Source of the DNA: Harriotta raleighana
Lineage: Eukaryota
Assembly (NCBI GenBank): GCA_050575255.1
Contig: JBNZDD010013598.1
Span: 518,870 to 582,869, forward strand
DNA length: 64,000 bases
Direction of reading: 5' to 3'
Numbering within the stretch: the first letter of the stretch is position 1; every line of letters begins with the position of its first letter. A program made the translations under genes and the position numbers. Under the pieces are notes generated by a model, which ran no database searches, was not told the DNA's origin, and saw only the letters and a program-made list of their open reading frames with translations. Shown here one piece after another: positions 35,696 through 48,389 of the stretch.

Positions 35696-37319
35696 TATCG
35701 TCAGAGAGGTAGGAAGGACCAAGGCCACGGAAGGTTGCAAGTTAGAACAGTAATGTCATCTCAGGTTTGAGAAGAGCGTCCTGAGCACCAAGCTAGAGGC
35801 AGCAACGCACATTGTGCTCAGCAGCAATCCATCAATGCTCCTGCTCAGGATTCCCCTCAATGCACTGACATTAACGGTATCAAACATTACCACCAACCAG
35901 GCGGCAAGCATGGGCTAACCACAGGAGCAGTCTCCATCCATCTGGCCACACCAGGAGTTTTCATTTAGCATATTTACTCATTATGTTTTCCCTTCATTAC
36001 CAAAGGATTTTTCCAATCAATGTTTATGTGACCACAAGCTGCTTCTTTTAGTATTTTGTTTTGGAGTTGAATATCGTTTCTTCATTACTTTATTGGCAAA
36101 TTCATCTTCTCTCTTTTTTTTTGAAAAAAACCCCCCACATGAATAGAATCTAATCAAAACTCCGAAAGATCTCACTTTGAAACAATTTTAGGTCAGGTTC
36201 AAAAATAAACCTAACATAATTCCCAGTTCTGGAGGGTGATAAAATCTAATGAAAGTGATTTTTTAAAAAAACATTAAAGCCTACACATTTTTGTGTTAAA
36301 ATAAGAAAAAAAAAGTGCAATACAGATTCTACCTCAAGATATCACTAGCCAAGCAAGACGGCTGCTTACATGTTTTTAATGCGTTTTACATGTTTTACAT
36401 ATTTTTAATGTTTTTAATAAAGGAGATAGTTAGCTGTGTGATCCAATTTACTAACTACAGGTTTGGATGCATGAAAATAAAATCCTTTTTATCTAATTAA
36501 TTGTCCAAACACTGGCAAATTGATGAGACTAGGATGTCATTCTACTAAATACTGGTTATTAAGGCAAACACAGTCATAAAAAATCTCCATTAGAACAGTG
36601 ACTGGGTTTTATATCAGCGTAGGGGGAAGAAGAAAAAAAGCAACGAGATTGATTTTAATTTATTCTGAAAATCACGTCTGAAATCCCAAATGTAATTTGA
36701 TTTTGCAAACAAATTACACTGCACAGTGTTCTTTCTCTATACAGAAGCCACCACTTTTTCCCTGGCACACAGCAGTGCCCTGCGTCAAATAATTTATCTG
36801 TCAGCTTCATTTGATCCTGCTCCAACATTACAAGGCTGCATCCTATCACTCAACGGGCTGCCCAGCTGTCCTCAAGAAGTGATTCAGTATGTCATGCTTT
36901 GGAGCTAAAAGTGCTACAACCCAAATACACGGCCACACTGCCACTTACTGACATCCGAGCGAGATGCCAATTAGGTACGCGCTTGCCAGTTTACTTTGAT
37001 GAGATCGGTTGGGGAAACGCCGCTAGCTGCAAAAAGGTAATGAGCCGTAAAAATTACTACATTTGCAGCACTGATTCCCCTCTCCTACTTCCTTTCCCAC
37101 GTTATTGATAAACCAATCTGGTTGCTGGGGAATGAGTGCCTCGAAATCCCGTTTGTTTATTTTAGTGTGTAAAAAAATATACACTGAAGTGGCACCTTGC
37201 GGTTTTATAGTTTACAATGAACCAAAACAATTAACATTTAAGCTGTTTACACTGGACGGACTAATATTGCTCAGTTCGCTGTTAACATCTGTCAACCGTT
37301 GGATTGGAAAACTACTTAC

Positions 37320-37460
37320 TTTCTTCATTTAAGTTAAGGTTCTGAAGAGACTTATTTAAGTTCCGTGCTGATGTGGCCGCACGGATGTTCCCATAGGAAC
37401 TCACTGAACGTAGTCTTGGGGTCGTAGGTCCATCACGTACAGGGGTAAAGTTTCCAGCCT
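37320..37460 (-). CDS. RPTOR: RPTOR exon (~exon 19), 141 nt, includes the S722-equivalent AMPK site
   Basis: ttcag|...|gtaagt; encodes EAGNFTPVRDGPTTPRLRSVSSYGNIRAATSARNLNKSLQNLNLNEE. Confidence 0.96.
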
Positions 37461-37535
37461 CTGAAAAATCAATAATGCAGATATAGTATAAGAATCAATA
37501 GTAATAATCCCGGCTTTTGATATTGGGCCTTACAG

Positions 37536-37842
37536 TGGAGCTCCTGTAGCTCAGTGATTAGAGCTTGAGACCTGTTCGAATCCAGGCAGGTCAGGGCGAA
37601 ACCCTGGGCAAGTTTCCTTACTCCACACACATGCCAATAATAATCCCTCCCCACAAAAAACTACAATAAGAAAAATTGGTTATTTCAATACATGACTGTT
37701 TGTGGGACACTGCTGTGCGCAATTGGCTACTGCGTTTCGCCCACAAATATATAGTTAATTCACTTTACAGTACATTCTATGAAGCGCTTTGAGATGTCGA
37801 TAAGATGTGAAAAGCGCTATATCAAATGCTAGGATTATTATA
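37536..37842 (+). mobile_element. Full-length SINE nested in an antisense copy (37502-37532 plus 37843-37975)
   Basis: Flanks rejoin as ...gcctta|tcacgtcttcgagacatc, the reverse-strand SINE tail. Confidence 0.88.
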
Positions 37843-38959
37843 TCACGTCTTCGAGACATCTCAAAGCACTTCACAAAACATATGATAAAGTGAATTGACT
37901 GTATATCTTCTGGGCGAAAAGTGGCAGCCAATTGCGCACAGCAGTATTCCACAACACTGAGTGACCAAATTCTTATTATGGAATGGCAATAGATTGGTAA
38001 AGAAATAATTGAGGAGTGTGTGGAGGGTGGGCGAGAGATAGAAGAGTTCTCAAATCTAATGTTCCATTACCACTTGTAATGGGGATACCCTACAGAAATG
38101 ACTTGTATTGTGATATAGCACCTTATGCATAGGATTAACACCTCACGATTGGGAATGCAGAACACAGAGGAGAGGAAGGTAAGAGAAAGCTCTCAAGAGA
38201 GTGGTATTGCGTGAGTGGAGCTGCAGCTGATTCCTACTCTGTAAAATAACAGGTAACAGACCTCCCCACTCACTGCATTAAAAAAAATCTAGACAGATGG
38301 ATTCAATATATCCTGAGCTCACGCAACAGCTCTTGGAATGGAATATAAAACACAGCACCAGTGGAAGTCACATTATTGTAAAGCTGGAGCTTTTCCTCAG
38401 GAACTTCCGACTTCGCTGTTGAAACATTCTACTGCTTCCAATTTCCATTCAGTGCGGGTTACTGAGGCATGGGGCGATGACGACAACAACAGCATAATGC
38501 CACGCTAGCCAATAGTTATTTTAAATGAAACTCGCGTAAAACGTAATCGCATTTTAAATTCGAAACTCACATCTGTAGTGATTTGCAAGTCGGAATTTAG
38601 TCAATTCCCAACCACCACTTTAAATGTCTTCCACCCTGGCCCCATTCTAAGATTGTGTCGTTAAGTGCTTTATATAATACCCTTTCAAGAGCCACTGGTA
38701 ACCACATTTCCTTTTGAAGAATCTGGATTCATGCATAAGGGTTCAATACACTGGACCTTTCCCTGTTCACTTCCATTATAATCCACCGTCTCAAAGCCTT
38801 GTTTTCAGTAAACTGAAGTAAATAACTGAAGTCTAACTTTTAATAATGAGCTGTCAGTTGGGGTGGGTGGTGGTGGGGTGGAGGGAGGAGAAGGATTTCT
38901 TGTGAAGAAATTAGTATCAATTTGCTGCATAGAATATGCTGGAGATTGAAAAGATATTC

Positions 38960-39090
38960 AGAACATAAGAATTAGGAACAAGAATAGGCCATTCGGTCCC
39001 TCAAGCCTGCCCTGCCATTCAATAAGATCATGGCTGATCTTCTGACCTAACTCTAATTACCTGCCCCATCCCCATATCCCCCAATTCCTC
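38960..39090 (-). mobile_element. CR1 3' tail fragment
   Basis: agaacataagaattaggaacaagaataggccattcgg...tcaataagatcatggctgatct. Confidence 0.75.
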
Positions 39091-39376
39091 TATTTTTTAA
39101 TTAAATCAAATGCAAAAACACACAGTCAATCCACTTCACAGTACATTTTGTAAAGCGCTTTGAGACGTCTCAATGATGTGATTAGGTACTACAGCGAATT
39201 CAAGGATTATTATTACATACATTCCTCGTTCATATGAAGATATTTCACAACAGGTTTAGGAGATGTACTGTGCTGGCAAGCTTTAGGAAAAAGTTGCTTA
39301 ATTTGCCATTAATTGAAAGAACAAGATGCGAGCAAGCGCTAAATTGGATTTTATCACACGTCAGAGGTGTACATAC

Positions 39377-39497
39377 CTGTCACACTGGCAGGTGAGGGAA
39401 GAGGGTAATTCTTTTCTTCCTCCATGAACTGCAGAGCCACAGTGCAGAAATTGCTTTCATACTGAATGACAAGATGACTAAGTGCCACAACCAATTC
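39377..39497 (-). CDS. RPTOR: RPTOR exon (~exon 18), 121 nt
   Basis: ggcag|...|gtatgt; encodes ELVVALSHLVIQYESNFCTVALQFMEEEKNYPLPSPASVT. Confidence 0.96.
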
Positions 39498-39939
39498 CTG
39501 CCAATTAAAAAAATAAACCTGTCAGCGAGAGAAGATTAACCTTGGTATAATTTCAATAATCCAATCTCGATTTATGTCATCAGTCAAAAATGAGCGATGG
39601 TCACAACTGCATAGAAAAGTCAGTAAAAGGACATAAATCCACATAAGAATTGGTACCAACTATGGCGAAAACATAGATTAAATGTGTTTGTGCTCTTTTC
39701 TCATTATGATGCACCAAAGGCATAGTGGTAGCGCAAGCAGATAAGTCATCCCCAGTGAAACTGCATCTCACAAAATGGAATTAAAAACCTTAGAAACAAA
39801 CTAAATCACATGCATTGTATAAAACCACACAGCAGGAGCTCAAGGCAACAATTGAATCCGAAGTTTAAGATCACAGGACAACCAAACCCTTCGATATGAT
39901 TAAAACTTCCTTGCGCTTGATTTATATTCCTTTGTAACT

Positions 39940-40300
39940 GGGGTGGTTTGGGATGATCCAATCGAAGTGTTTAAAATAACCACAGGGACTGACAAATTAG
40001 ATAGAGGCAACTCTTTCCTCAGGTAAAGGGCTCCAAATCAAGAGAATCTAATCTTTGAAATCAAGAGTGAAAACCAATAAGAATTGAAATCAGAAAGTGT
40101 GTCTTCACTCAAGAAGGTTTTAAAAATGTTTCCCCAGAAGGCCACATGGATAGACTCTACAGGGATATTGAAAAGGCAGATAGATACTTGGGAAGTAAGG
40201 GAATTAAGTAATTTAGAGAAAAGGCATGCGAATGGGATTAAAAGATCTGACAAGATCTAATAAACAGGCTCAATGGGCTAAATGACTAGCTTCTGTTCTG
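39940..40300 (+). mobile_element. Degenerate CR1 3' fragment
   Basis: ggatgatccaatcgaagtgtttaaaata...caggctcaatgggctaaatgac follows the layout of the CR1 end at 31700-32030. Confidence 0.55.
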
Positions 40301-40888
40301 AAACATATCAATAGTTTCACTTGTTTGATTTCAAGAAAGCTTCTTCCTTCCTTGCCAGATCTGAAGAGGAAAGGCTTGACTGATTCGCATCTCACTCGAC
40401 TCAGAACTCCAAGTTGATGCACTTTTGCTCCCTCCCTCGACAGCTGATGTTTCTTCGCACAGACAGAAACAAGTACCATCGGAGGACTTTTATCTCGTAG
40501 AAATCAATAATTTAAAAAAAACTAAAAACTTTTTACAACCAATTGTAGTCCTGAAACGTGGGGCAACATAATATCACATGGAATAAATTTCTCTCTTGGT
40601 AACTTTTCCACTTTTTCTCTTATTCCCCACACACCCTGTTCTGTGCTAAGCGTCTGCTCTACCTATGTGAGTTGAAACAGTGAGCACAATTATGCTACTG
40701 TAATGCTCATAGCAGTAATCTGCTAAGCAATTTGGGGATTGTACAACGAATGGGTGCACTGTGCATAAGAGACTTATTGGCCGGTCAACTTGGATGGAGA
40801 TTCATCCGGCCTTTGTTAGCCATGCTATATTTGCCGTGGTACGTGCTTGATAGGGCTCGGAATACCAGGAAGTTTTAGACACAGCTAC

Positions 40889-41029
40889 CTTTCTGACCAC
40901 TGGACTGCCGTCATTTATTAGCTGGGCGAGCATCATGGCCACATTGTGATCAATAGTTGTTGAATGGTCAGTTCGCTCAGCGGAGTTTCCAACAAAGGTG
41001 CCCAAGGCAAAGACAGCAGAGCAACGCAC
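40889..41029 (-). CDS. RPTOR: RPTOR exon (~exon 17), 141 nt
   Basis: tgcag|...AAG|gtagct; encodes VRCSAVFALGTFVGNSAERTDHSTTIDHNVAMMLAQLINDGSPVVRK. Confidence 0.97.
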
Positions 41030-42553
41030 CTGCAACAGGAGGACAACAAAAACTGAAGCCGACTGAAACAATGATTATGCTTGCAGCGTTCATCCTATGT
41101 AGAGCACAGCATGAATATTTCAATCTCCATAATTCACAAACTACAGTTCGGTTTAGACAAAATACGATAATATTCGGGTTAGAATTTAGGATGGATGAGG
41201 AGGGAGGCAGAATGGTGACCTTGTAGAGTTTAAAACAATGACGGGGACAAGTTGGGCCAATGACCCGTTTCCGTGCCATTTCAATGTCACGCAATCCAAT
41301 TTCTAAAAGGTTAATGTTAACATTATCCTGCACCAAATAGCTTACAAACAGACTTCAAGGAGTTTGTTTAATCATAAACACAAAGAGGATTTCCGCCAAA
41401 TGTACAATAAACCAAAGGTAAATCGGCTGATTTTAATAGGAAAATTCTATTAAGACAGGATAAAAAAATGAATTAAAAAGCGGTCAGCAAATATGACAGA
41501 ATCATAACAGCTTAAAAAAACAGTTTGAGGAAGATTATTGACTTTCCAACTACAGCCAAACACGGTTGTCTTCAGTTTGAACAGATGAATGGTGAAACAC
41601 CGTTTTTATGGGATTCTTAACACAAACTCGGTTGGAATGAACGGTTGTTTTTTCCTGTAACTTTACCCAGCGATAAGTGCTCCAAATCGCATTTGATCTG
41701 AATACAATTTGCAAGACTTGTCACACGTTAGAACACAGGAGTCAGTCCTGTGCAAATGTAGCGTAAAAACATCTGTTGGGTGTCATGCCTCCGTGGCCGG
41801 GTCACCAATTTGTACTGGGACGAGAATTGCAAAAAACGCGTTACATTATTAAAGGAAAAAAACCACACTCATTAAGGTTGATCAGAATACTGCGAGGCTT
41901 CCCTCAGTAAGTATATCTTTGAAGGATATCCTCTGGGATTACATTGTAAATCAGCAACAGCTGTCTTGTTTGCAAACGGTAAATGTGATAAACCCATAAA
42001 TTGTATTGACTTGCATCTTGGGTCCAACTTAACACAGGGCTAAACCACTGATATAAACTCGGGAGGAAATTGGGCGAATGTGAAATCTGCAGCAATTCTT
42101 TGTTACATATACAATTTAGTGTTGTGTTTTTTTAAAAAAGGGGGGACATGGAAAGAAGCCGTTCAAACACACTGGACTTTTTTGTGGGGAAAAAAACGCT
42201 AACGATAAAAAAACGCATGCTGAGGACCCACATTGTCAGATCATTGGTTGCAGCTGTGAATTCGAATTCCCAATCTGTAACACTGACGCACACAACAAAC
42301 AGAAATGCTTTGAGCCCAACTTGTAACAATGCTGGATATAGAAATGGCTTCTTCCAATCCAGGAATTTCCAATCCGGCAGGAAAAACGACCGGTGTTTTT
42401 AATGGCAGATCATTTCTACCACGTGCAGACGTGCAGAGCAGCTAATTGTAGCTAAGGTTTATCAATTGCCTTAAGCAAGTAAAATATTCCGCGAACATCT
42501 AATATTTCCAGTTCCTCTGAAGACAGGAAGCGACAGGTTCTAAGGCGGGTTAC

Positions 42554-42745
42554 CTCAGGTATTGGATCAGAGAGGAGGCTGTATAACTTCTCGTGCGCAA
42601 TGTCTCTTACACCGCACCAGCGAGCAGCGTCAAAATTCTGCCAGATACGCCCCAAACAAATAGCCACCCACTGGCGCAATAAAGGATGTGGGTCATTCAG
42701 CTGCTCCAAGCAAATAGCAATGAGATTGCCCTGCAGACAGGCTTC
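42554..42745 (-). CDS. RPTOR: RPTOR exon (~exon 16), 192 nt
   Basis: ccag|...|gtaac; encodes EACLQGNLIAICLEQLNDPHPLLRQWVAICLGRIWQNFDAARWCGVRDIAHEKLYSLLSDPIPE. Confidence 0.97.
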
Positions 42746-43199
42746 CTGGAAGCAAAAGAGAAAATGTAAAAGTTAGCAACTTGCAGGTGCGTACATTCAG
42801 GTTTTTCTAGGTTAAGGGACATGTCTGAACTCTGCCCACAAAATGCTGCTCCATCACAGTTACACACAAACCACTTGGGTAGGTCTCAATATTGTTAAGG
42901 GCCAAAGACCAAATGAAACAAGTGTATTATTTTATAGCCGGAACCACCTATATCAGAGCTGCAATAGCTTACAGTGGACCTATTTCTCTTGTGTACAAAG
43001 TTAAATTTTATAAAATTCATCAGAGAAATCACATTACGAATATTAGCCTCAAACATTATATTCTTTAGTTGAAAGGTGAGCGTGAATTCTGCAAATGTTA
43101 TAATGTGCTGGTTAACATCTGTCAACACTGGTGATGAATGTAGCGACTTTATGATCGTTTCGTTGCTAATTTTACTGTCTACAACAAAATGCCACTGAC

Positions 43200-43265
43200 C
43201 TGTCCTGTGTTATAGCTGTTCACGATCACGGCTAAAATAAAAGCAGCCATTGTTCGGTGTTCAGC
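43200..43265 (-). CDS. RPTOR: RPTOR exon (~exon 15), 66 nt
   Basis: cgcag|...|gtcagt; encodes AEHRTMAAFILAVIVNSYNTGQ. Confidence 0.97.
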
Positions 43266-43758
43266 CTGCGGAAACAAACAGTCAAAATCACCAGAGCTGC
43301 TTGAAAGGGTGAGGGATAAAATATGCCATACATTGCTAAGGACTCTATACACTCAGTGATAACAGGGGAAATCCCATTAGTGGTCCATATCACCAAAGGT
43401 GCTTTGCTTAATATTTGACTGTAAATTGCAGTCCATGCGAACCTGGCCCAAAATTCTACCTGGTCTCAGACTGTGAAGGCCAACTCTCCGCAAAATTTAA
43501 GATGGGGGGAATTGTGGAAAATTCTTCAAACTAGTTTTAACTTGCAAGCAGGAACTTTTTAAAGAAGTGTGGACAGCGGGCTTTCAAATTAGAACCAGAC
43601 TTAAGAGTTCTCTACAAATCTGGGCCACTTCACACAGGGTGGCCAAAAAGTTGTGATACCATTAAAATATCTAATACTTCTGTGAGGGGGGGGTGGTGGG
43701 GAAGCTTCTGAACATTTATGTTTTGGGTGACTGCAGAACCATGTGCAAAAGATCTCAC

Positions 43759-43833
43759 CGGCATGTAAGGATCAGCCAGGACTGACAGGAAGTACTTGTG
43801 TCCGTTGTCTTTCACTAAATCCGCCTGGCAAGA
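43759..43833 (-). CDS. RPTOR: RPTOR exon (~exon 14), 75 nt
   Basis: tacag|...|gtgag; encodes SCQADLVKDNGHKYFLSVLADPYMP. Confidence 0.97.
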
Positions 43834-44795
43834 CTGTAAAACACAAACTTAACATGTCACACTTCAAACAAATTCTGGTACAATTCACCCACAGTTTAAT
43901 GAGCGGCATTAACATTTATACCCATCCGTGGTAAGTGGCTCCCTTGGGACCACTATACTGTCGATTTTGTGACTGCGGAAAGACGGATTGTAAATTGAGT
44001 GACACCAAGTTATAATTCAGAAAATCTGACACTTTCAAAGGCTCGATCAGACTCAGGAAACATGCAAGCAAAAGGATGACTGGAACCCATTCCACCATTT
44101 GTGTGTATGACAGTACATGTAATTTATTTTGTGTGTGTATATATATATCTAGAGTCATTATAGTAATTTAAAAATTACTGGTTTTCAATTTTTTTTTAAA
44201 CTACGGAATTTTTAACAGCATGAAAGGACAATTGAGTTTCTGAGTCCTGGTGATTACTCAAATTCAGTAGTCTTTTGCATCCACCATGATGGTGATTCAG
44301 AGTTAAAATTAAAGTTTCCCTCCTCATAATCTCTGAATCATATCAGCGAAAAGTTCGAGTGAGCACCGAATGGGTTGAAGTCCTTCACCATTGCCACAGC
44401 TCAGCTCGTTTAAAGGTACAACTTAACCAGATAAAATTTGCTGAATCGGGGGCTGTATCACTGGAGCTCTCATTTTACATATTGTTGAACTTCATCATTG
44501 TTTGAAGGAAAATGAACAGAGTGTGTTAACAGTACTGTACGTATCTGAGGCTGGGAGATGGAAGCTCAATTTGTTACCTGTAGGAAGGTGTAACATTGAA
44601 CAGCCCACAAAAGCAAGCAACATACTTAAGAATATGGTGCAACTTTTTCACAACCTAAATAATGTTCTTTCCTTTTAAAGGGATAATCCTATTATCTTTT
44701 ATGAATTAATTACAACTGTACCCACCAACACTGATGGATCTTCAAGTGTTCAAATGAATACTTAAAGACAACTCGATACTTAATACTGGAGTACA

Positions 44796-44856
44796 AACTA
44801 AACAGATTACTTCATGAAACCAGGGCAACTAAACAGATTACTTTATGAAACTAGGG
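44796..44856 (+). repeat. 31-nt tandem duplication
   Basis: aactaaacagattacttcatgaaaccaggg followed by aactaaacagattactttatgaaactaggg. Confidence 0.9.
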
Positions 44857-47727
44857 ATTTTTGATTAATATTTCAATACACTGGTGATAAACATTACTCA
44901 GGGTGACTGCAATCCATCACAATAATTCTCTCTAAATGTGAATTATAAACTCTATTTGGATCTGCTGTGTTGCAGACTTGGAACTTTAAGGAGAGAAACT
45001 TCTTCTGTGTAAAAAAACAGACCCTATGGATTAAGGACTTGGAGAGCTGGTTTGTTGAAGAGAATACACTAAAACAAACAAATTGATTTAACTACAAATT
45101 TTGCACACTTAATACTCAACCTTCATCTCAGACAACACCAACACATTTAATCAGTAACAACCTCAATGTTACAGAGTGCTCCGCCACTGTCAAGCACTCT
45201 GAGACTCTACCTGGCGTGAAGGGTGCTATATAAATACAAACTGTTGTTGAGTAATACAACACAGCCAGGAGTCAAAGGGATTTGGACACAAACGACAGAG
45301 ATACATGGACATGGACACGATGGGACTTGGGAATCTTAAATCCGTGCACACATCAAGGAGGAAAAATAAAATGAAAATGAATCTCATCAGAATTTCTGTC
45401 CTTACCACCTGTCGTGACCCATTAAGAGTGCTTCGAAAACCTGCTCAACAGATTTAGGATAATCTTGAGTTTCGGACCACATCTAATCAAATTGCATCTA
45501 CTTATTTTTGCCTTATTTTCCCTGTTTTGGCTTTTTTTTTAAAACCTCAATCATTAATCCAGGTAAGCTTCCACTAAGTGCTGCCCTTGCTACGGTCGCG
45601 GTCAAGCAAGGTGAAATAGTTTAGTTTAAGGCAGTAGTAAATCCAAACAAACTATCTGAGGCCCTGCATTATCCACATATAATGTGGGTTTAAAACAAAA
45701 TCCAGATAACTCTCTCTCTCTACCCTTCTCAACAAATTTCTAGCACGACTGGAAGCTCTATACAGTGTATGCAAACAGTGAAGATCCACTTACTGGTACA
45801 AGAAACAGAATGCGCTCTGCCTCATCCATCAAGGTGGCTTACATCCTCCAAGATCTCTTGATTAAAATATCATTATGGGTGGAATCCGAACCAAGTAAAC
45901 TTGACTTTGGGCACAGCCAATTGTGTAAATTGCCTGGACAGCATTAAGGACTTGTTGCTGGCAACATTCCCTCCGCCCCCACCATCCAAAACACAGGCCT
46001 GAATCTATTAAACTATGGAGCGAATCCCAGCACGGACGACAAACTAATCTTGTTGTCATCGAACACTAATAGCTCAGCGTTGATGGCTGGTGCCCATAAA
46101 TCAGAACCAAACAAAGATGTCCAAGCAACAGCCCTTGCCCAGAAAGCAGCAAGTTGCTCGTTTGTACTTCAGTGCTCGCTCTTTCATCAAAAAGCACAAG
46201 TTAAAAAGCCGCCGCAAACAAACTGAGAATTTTCCACACAACAACAACAAAATTAAATTTCTAGAGCGCCTTTCACGTCAAGAGGACGTCATTAGGAAGA
46301 ACATTTGAGAACATGAGAAATGTCAAGCCTCAATCCAGATCAGAAGCAAACAAGTACACAGTGTGCTTCAGAAATCAACTGGTAAAAAAAATGCCTCCTA
46401 TCCAAAGGGTGTGAAGTTTCAGCTCGGGTACTTACATTGTTCTAGGTTTTTGTTGAAGTGGCTTCAACGCACGGTTTGACACAAATGTAGGACACTCATC
46501 TGTGCTGTGCAACTGAATGTAACAGCATCAGATTAGATTTATTGGCCAATTATACTCTGGTTGCTTTTCAGCAAGAAATGAAATAATCCTTGTACTATAT
46601 TTGAAAATGACGGGGCAAATTCACGAAGTAAGAGTTCTTGAATTTTGGTTCTAGAGTTCTAAACTCTAAGAATTATGAGATAATCCACAGCCAAGTAAGA
46701 ATTCATACAAACTAGATAATTAGTTAACTGGATAAATTAACTGAAATTGAAGTTATTTCACCCAGAGACTACACACCTTAGAGTACATCCTGTTAAGAAG
46801 CTTTATCAAATGCAAAGATTATTATTATAATTAAGACTTGATCTCCCAGTTCTAATCTTTGTATGTTGAGGCTATTTTCCCCCATGTTAAATGACGTTTC
46901 CCTAAAAGAACAGTATCTATTTGTGTCTAATGCAGAGAAGAGCACTTATTTCCCAATGAAACAAATCCACAATTGCTTTTAAAAACAAAACACACTTTTT
47001 GTTCATCAGTAGAACAATTAACACCTCCAATTAACTTGACAAGAGTTGCATTGTAACAGAAATGTAAAGGGAGAATATTCTACATAAGAATCATCGGGCT
47101 AAGCACTACTTGATTGGAAAGGTAGGACAGGCGAGAATTATACTAATGGATTTTGGGGCTCTCTCATTTCTACCAAGACGCCACTTTGATCTCGAGTCAC
47201 AAGTGAAGAAGCCCACGTATGGCATAAAGTAACTGGAAATGCATTCAAGGTGATCCTGAACACGCTGCAAATTCAGGTCACTGAAATTATCCTTAAATTT
47301 TCTCCCCAAAATTTTCCCAGAGGCACATTAAATGCTCAATGTTTTGTTCCCCGCTCCCCTCTCTGAGTGGCTCAATGCAGTTCTCACTTGAGAGTGTCCC
47401 ATGAGAAACAGATGATGAGACAAGTGTTGTTTTGTGTTTCTGTTAAGTGTCACGTTAACAATGAACACAAAAGCAAAACAAGCCCTGGAACAAGATTGAT
47501 TTGGTTACTATTTTTAAACGTTCCAACAGCATTTAAAAAGATGCAAGATTCTGTTCCTGACTCCCACTTGACACTCATTTGGAAGGCGGGCTTGCACGCA
47601 ACTGTAAGTACTTGCTGAAAACACAGGCAATTTTCAAACAGTGCAAAAACCCGCTTAGAATAAACACATGAGCAAGTTCTATGTACAATGTTTCGTAGGC
47701 AGCACGTACTTGAAAAAAATCACTTAC

Positions 47728-47838
47728 ACTGTCCACGGCCAAGATTTTAGCCCAAATGAAAACGAGGAGCGGCCTTAATTCCCGAGCTGAACTTTGAAGC
47801 AGTTTCAAAACATAGGGGAAGATACCGACGGATAAAGC
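47728..47838 (-). CDS. RPTOR: RPTOR exon (~exon 13), 111 nt
   Basis: tttag|...|gtaagt; encodes [37 protein letters not shown]. Confidence 0.97.
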
Positions 47839-48305
47839 CTAAAACACAGAAATAAGAACATAATAGTCTGTTAGCAACTGCAGTTACGTTATCTGCACTT
47901 TGCAATGAAGCGATGAATAACCAACTTGCAATTCAGGCAAGTGTCGAGGATCTTATATCCCTTAACAGCATAAATACCATTAAGCGACTGACCGAAAGCA
48001 AATTGCACTTGTGTATGTATGGCAGCTCATGCCTTAAATTATATTAATGAAATTAATCAAACTGAAATAGATGACAGTGGACTATTATTACGCCCATAGG
48101 TTGGACTTCCGAAAAGTCAAGGAAGGAAAGTTACTTTTTACATGAAAGTTAACACTGATTTAAGTTGTGCAGATGGAAGAACTAGGGTTACAGCGTTTGG
48201 AGGGGGCAGAAAGGAAAACATAATATTGCCAACAAGTTATGTGACTTCTGAATTAAGGGACGAATGGAATGGTGCACGTCATTACAATCAGATCAGGCCA
48301 CGTAC

Positions 48306-48389
48306 TAAACTCACGGCCCACGGACCCAAATCTAAAAATCTTCCCAGCAAATCCAGAGCTCGTAATCGATGCACTTGGCTGAGCAGCAC
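48306..48389 (-). CDS. RPTOR: RPTOR exon (~exon 12), 84 nt
   Basis: ttag|...TTA|gtacgt; encodes [28 protein letters not shown]. Confidence 0.96.

Noticed and set aside
37399-37404. GTGAGT inside exon 19 (Ser-Val-Ser-Ser codons)
   Set aside because: Explained by coding constraint; use as a donor would shift the frame and nothing supports it.
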